The notes under the pieces were generated by a model, which was given only the letters and a program-made list of their open reading frames with translations, did no database searches and had not been told where the DNA came from. The position numbers and the translations under genes are program-made. A stretch of 57,341 bases of DNA from a virus. Lineage: Duplodnaviria; Caudoviricetes. The stretch is from positions 1 through 57,341 of the IMG/VR virus record IMGVR_UViG_3300022745_000040; one strand, given 5' to 3'. Shown here in pieces: positions 54,502-57,341 of the stretch (position 1 is the stretch's first letter; each line of letters starts with the position of its first letter).

Positions 54502-54738
54502 CTACTTTCGTTTTGGAAAACTTGACTGGCAGTGTTTAAAGCGCCGGTCCAGTCGTCCATCGGACGTTACCGCAAAACTTGTATTTTCAAGCCACTCACT
54601 GTCTGACAAAAACATGGCCATTTGACCAGATTCCTTTGCCCATCGCGGCATTTTACCTAGGACCAAGCGATTGACATAAGCCGATAACACATAATTACGG
54701 TCGTTAATATGCAATTGACTGCCTTTTAGCATTTTCAT
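54502..54738 (-). CDS. Hypothetical protein
   Basis: Start MKMLKG after AAAGGAA. Confidence 0.6.
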   Translation of the reverse strand: MKMLKGSQLHINDRNYVLSAYVNRLVLGKMPRWAKESGQMAMFLSDSEWLENTSFAVTSDGRLDRRFKHCQSSFPKRK

Positions 54739-54763
54739 AAAACGTTCCTTTGTTAAAAAAAAA

Positions 54764-55444
54764 TTAAGCTGCCTTTTTGCTAATAACAAAACCTGACTCA
54801 TCTTTTTTTGCCTTACCTTTTGCAATTAAAGCTACAATTTTTCCTGGCGCATCAAGAAAACGCAAGTCGTGGGCATCGCCTTTAACAATCAAGTCATGCA
54901 TTTTTTCAGAATCATAAACGACTGCAACATTTCGACCGGCTTTTAACGCGGTTTTAATTTCCGACAAGCTTGTAGTTTCAGAACGCGAATAAGTTAAATG
55001 ATAATTTTTTGGCAATTTTTCTTTAGGTCTTACAGAGTAAGGCGCTTTAGTATAATCATAAAACTGGATGTGACTAAACTCAGTAAAAAGTTCAGGCGCC
55101 ACAATTTCCCAACGGATATCTGAAGTCCCATTCAATCTAATAGCGACTTTAAGACCTTCACGCGCCGCTCGACGTTCAATTGCTCGAATATCATGTTTTA
55201 ATTGTTCTATAAAACCTTCCCTATTATTTAGGAAGTGAAGCGTTTTAATTATTCTCGCGTCTTGTATTGATTGAAAACACCCACGCCCCGCAGTATTTAG
55301 GCACGCTTTTTTACAGCCTTCACTCGCAAACGGGCACAAATTGACGCCGCTTAAATCAGCCGGCGCCAGATATAGAATGCCCGTCAAATAGCCCAAAGAC
55401 TCGCCTTTTGTTGTTTTCGCATTTTCGACTGTCAATAGTTTCAT
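54764..55444 (-). CDS. Phage gp88-like / DUF7227-like Cys-motif protein
   Basis: NLCP.AS.GC...CL, RLNGTSDI, FYDYTK, NYHLT.S, GD.HDLRFLD. Confidence 0.7.
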   Translation of the reverse strand: MKLLTVENAKTTKGESLGYLTGILYLAPADLSGVNLCPFASEGCKKACLNTAGRGCFQSIQDARIIKTLHFLNNREGFIEQLKHDIRAIERRAAREGLKVAIRLNGTSDIRWEIVAPELFTEFSHIQFYDYTKAPYSVRPKEKLPKNYHLTYSRSETTSLSEIKTALKAGRNVAVVYDSEKMHDLIVKGDAHDLRFLDAPGKIVALIAKGKAKKDESGFVISKKAA

Positions 55445-55469
55445 AAAATATTCTCCTTTGTTAGTAATC

Positions 55470-55497
55470 TTATCGGTTAATGCTTAAAAAAACTTTA
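55470..55497 (-). promoter_or_regulatory. sigma28 (FliA)-type promoter
   Basis: TAAAGTTT-N12-ACCGATAA. Confidence 0.72.
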
Positions 55498-55499
55498 AT

Positions 55500-55742
55500 T
55501 TAAAAATTAAGAATTTTACAACTGCTCACTTGTGTAAAATGAGAATCTTCAAATAATTCAAATTCACATTCCATATTATTAATTTTACTTAGTTTTTCAT
55601 TGTCTGTTTTTGATGGGTAATGGTAATTGTTTTTGTCAATTCCTTGAATTGCTGTAAAATGAACATAATAGCATGCACCATTTTGAGACCTAACTACACC
55701 TTCGCCGCGTAAACTATCAAACCAACGAATTTGACCTTTCAT
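55500..55742 (-). CDS. Cold-shock domain protein
   Basis: MKG.IRWFD...G.G........YVHFTAI (RNP1/RNP2-like). Confidence 0.8.
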   Translation of the reverse strand: MKGQIRWFDSLRGEGVVRSQNGACYYVHFTAIQGIDKNNYHYPSKTDNEKLSKINNMECEFELFEDSHFTQVSSCKILNF

Positions 55743-55767
55743 AAAATATTCTCCTTTGTTATTAATC

Positions 55768-55794
55768 TTCTCGGTAAAACTTTTAAAAACTTTA
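55768..55794 (-). promoter_or_regulatory. sigma28 (FliA)-type promoter
   Basis: TAAAGTTT-N11-ACCGAGAA. Confidence 0.72.
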
Positions 55795-55797
55795 GCC

Positions 55798-55890
55798 TTA
55801 ATTCAAAAAATAATCTATTAGCAAAATTGTCTCAATACTAACCACAACCATAAAACCCAAAACCGCAAAATATTCTACTAAATATTCCAT
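55798..55890 (-). CDS. Small hydrophobic peptide (30 aa)
   Basis: MEYLVEYFAVLGFMVVVSIETILLIDYFLN; GAAAGG RBS; fills the gap between two sigma28 boxes. Confidence 0.65.
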   Translation of the reverse strand: MEYLVEYFAVLGFMVVVSIETILLIDYFLN

Positions 55891-55912
55891 GGAGCCGCCT
55901 TTCATAATTAGC

Positions 55913-55939
55913 TTATCGGCCAATGCTTAAAAAACTTTA
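55913..55939 (-). promoter_or_regulatory. sigma28 (FliA)-type promoter
   Basis: TAAAGTTT-N11-GCCGATAA, perfect consensus. Confidence 0.85.
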
Positions 55940-55947
55940 GAACTATT

Positions 55948-56037
55948 TTAAAAAATTCCTGCAACAAACATATAAATAACTGAAATTGTTGTTGAAAACA
56001 TGAATAAAAAGATTATTAATTCTGTCATTTTTGTCAT
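55948..56037 (-). CDS. Small hydrophobic peptide (29 aa)
   Basis: MTKMTELIIFLFMFSTTISVIYMFVAGIF; GAAGGG RBS. Confidence 0.62.
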   Translation of the reverse strand: MTKMTELIIFLFMFSTTISVIYMFVAGIF

Positions 56038-56063
56038 AAAACCGCCCTTCATACTAAATTAAT

Positions 56064-56080
56064 AAGCAATACTAATGCCA
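56064..56080 (-). promoter_or_regulatory. sigma54-type promoter
   Basis: TGGCAT-TAGTA-TTGCT upstream of the RBS of the 29 aa peptide. Confidence 0.72.
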
Positions 56081-56097
56081 GTTTTATAACAATTATA

Positions 56098-56126
56098 TTG
56101 CAATTAAGCTTTGTCCATTGTATATT
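56098..56126 (+). promoter_or_regulatory. Possible sigma70 promoter (divergent)
   Basis: TTGCAA-N17-TATATT upstream of 56170. Confidence 0.5.
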
Positions 56127-56169
56127 ATGCTTAACACGACTGAAAAATTGACAAAACAAGGACGTTACA

Positions 56170-56703
56170 ATGTCAAAATATAGAAACTTTAAAGGCTCAC
56201 TTAAGCCTTTTGGCCTCGGCGCTATAAATTCTTCCTCATCCTTCACAAGTCTTCACAAAACTTGGATGGCCAAGCTCGCCAAAAGCGGTTTTAACGACAT
56301 AGAGCTGTCTTCGTACCAGGACCCTGGTCAAGTTTTACCAATTTTTCGCTACGGCGGCAGTTCATACGACCTTGGCCAAGCTTATAGTCCCGAGACTGCT
56401 GAGTACTATAACCAAGCCAGAGCGTTCCTGCACGCGATAAGCTGGCGCAAACACTTTGGAAACGATGCCAAACTGCTTAAATATATCTGGCGCTTATATT
56501 CTGAAGGCATATCAATTCGAAACACGGCCAAAGCGCTTGAAGGCCTGCCCCTTGCTTATCCATATAATAGTCTTAATACCAAGCCGCATCCAAGCTTTAA
56601 GCAACGTCGTGGCATTTGGTGGATTCATAAGCAGATTCACAGAGTTATGCCGGCTTTTAAAGCTTGGCAAGCTACTTTAAATAGTGAAGAATTATCAGAT
56701 TAA
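56170..56703 (+). CDS. HTH protein, candidate phage transcription factor
   Basis: IWRLYSEGISIRNTAKAL resembles a sigma region-4/LuxR HTH start; AAGGA RBS; lone + strand gene in the early region. Confidence 0.55.
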   Translation: MSKYRNFKGSLKPFGLGAINSSSSFTSLHKTWMAKLAKSGFNDIELSSYQDPGQVLPIFRYGGSSYDLGQAYSPETAEYYNQARAFLHAISWRKHFGNDAKLLKYIWRLYSEGISIRNTAKALEGLPLAYPYNSLNTKPHPSFKQRRGIWWIHKQIHRVMPAFKAWQATLNSEELSD

Positions 56704-56734
56704 TAACCGTCGACAGTATTATCGGCGTTAACAT
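56672..56734 (-). CDS. Small hydrophobic peptide (20 aa)
   Basis: MLTPIILSTVINLIILHYLK; AAAGGAGA RBS. Confidence 0.55.
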   Translation of the reverse strand: MLTPIILSTVINLIILHYLK

Positions 56735-56767
56735 ATCTTCTCCTTTCTGCAAAACAAGCGCAAACTC

Positions 56768-56783
56768 TGCAATAATCATGCCA
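56768..56783 (-). promoter_or_regulatory. sigma54-type promoter
   Basis: TGGCAT-GATTA-TTGCA upstream of the RBS of the 20 aa peptide. Confidence 0.72.
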
Positions 56784-56925
56784 AGGCTTATCCCCCCTGC
56801 AAGATTTATTCCAGCGATTTTAAGGCCTTACGGCTACCTAAGACTAGGCAAGACTGCCATCGTTCAATAGCGGCGCCGCTGAACACGTTTAAACTGCTCT
56901 TCCTATAATGCTACACTAAAAACGC

Positions 56926-57112
56926 GACTCATTGCAAGACAAATCATTTTGAGACTGACCCTGTTATTGCAACGCTGCATGGTCTTAGACAAGCGACGAG
57001 GATTGAACGTGTCTTTTTTTGACGCGCCCCATTTTGAGCCGACTTTTGAAACGGTCATATTGAGATTGTGCCTTGAGCGTTTGTTATAGGCTTGCCACGG
57101 CTTCATGAGACA
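56926..57112. promoter_or_regulatory. Cluster of CAWWWTGAGAC-like sites (enhancer/operator candidates)
   Basis: TCATTTTGAGAC (56944), CCATTTTGAGCC (57029), TCATATTGAGAT (57055), TTCATGAGACA (57102), GACTCATTGCAAGAC (56926). Confidence 0.55.
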
Positions 57113-57154
57113 GTCGCGCTTGTAGAAGCAGGGGCGGCGGAAGACAGCGTTGTC

Positions 57155-57341
57155 AACCTTGGCACATTTTTTGCATCCGGCTAGCAACGCCCGCAGTCGT
57201 GGCACGGTCCTTGCAAAAAAAAAACTTGCTTCTCAAGACTAGTCGTGTCATAATGAGACTTATCCAAACACGGGGGTTTTAACACATGATAACGTCTATA
57301 AACGAGCTAAAAGACTTTTTACTATGGGCACGGGCGCAAAA
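57155..57341. repeat. Terminal direct repeat / circular overlap, right copy
   Basis: Starts aaccttggcacatttt at 57155 and matches the window start to the last base. Confidence 0.97.

Noticed and set aside
55440-55945. Regularly recurring repeats as a CRISPR array or integron attC sites
   Set aside because: The intervals are whole genes of unequal length, the repeats match promoter and RBS consensus, and no integrase is present
56719-56745. Fourth sigma28 promoter at GCCGATAA on the - strand
   Set aside because: No TAAA box at the right spacing, and the site lies inside the 20-aa ORF
56903-57205. 100-aa ORF on the - strand
   Set aside because: No clear RBS or recognisable motifs, and it overlaps the regulatory repeats and end repeat
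1-57341. Prophage or recoded (alternative genetic code) genome
   Set aside because: No integrase, repressor cassette or host flanks were seen, and the genes are full length and densely packed in the standard code

Overview
The window looks like one complete, roughly 57.2 kb tailed-phage genome with a podovirus-like layout. Its ends overlap by 187-188 bp (1..188 = 57155..57341, apart from one A in a homopolymer). The + strand (133..29444) carries an HNH gene, portal, scaffold, major capsid, adaptor, nozzle, ejection-type proteins, a large set of tail-fibre/appendage genes, lysis-type genes, an ADP-ribosyltransferase-like gene and a RusA-like gene. The - strand (29441..56037) carries a large terminase with a LAGLIDADG intein, two ClpP-like proteases, a family A DNA polymerase, nucleases, an M15 peptidase, a split primase/helicase beside an iterated origin-like region, and many small early genes. 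I saw no integrase, reverse transcriptase or CRISPR array. The most striking unannotated signal is regulatory. The early region and genome end carry near-consensus promoters for three host sigma classes: sigma28/FliA (3 copies), sigma54/RpoN (5 copies) and sigma70. There is also a repeated enhancer/operator-like motif and a probable phage late-promoter motif. Three of these promoters drive tiny hydrophobic peptides (20-30 aa) that the ORF track missed. Other notable items are a 180-nt tRNA-like ncRNA, a PhaR-like DNA-binding domain and a stand-alone sigma70 region-4 mimic. All protein-family calls come from motif recognition by eye, and the host (possibly a Bdellovibrionota-like flagellated bacterium) is an inference.
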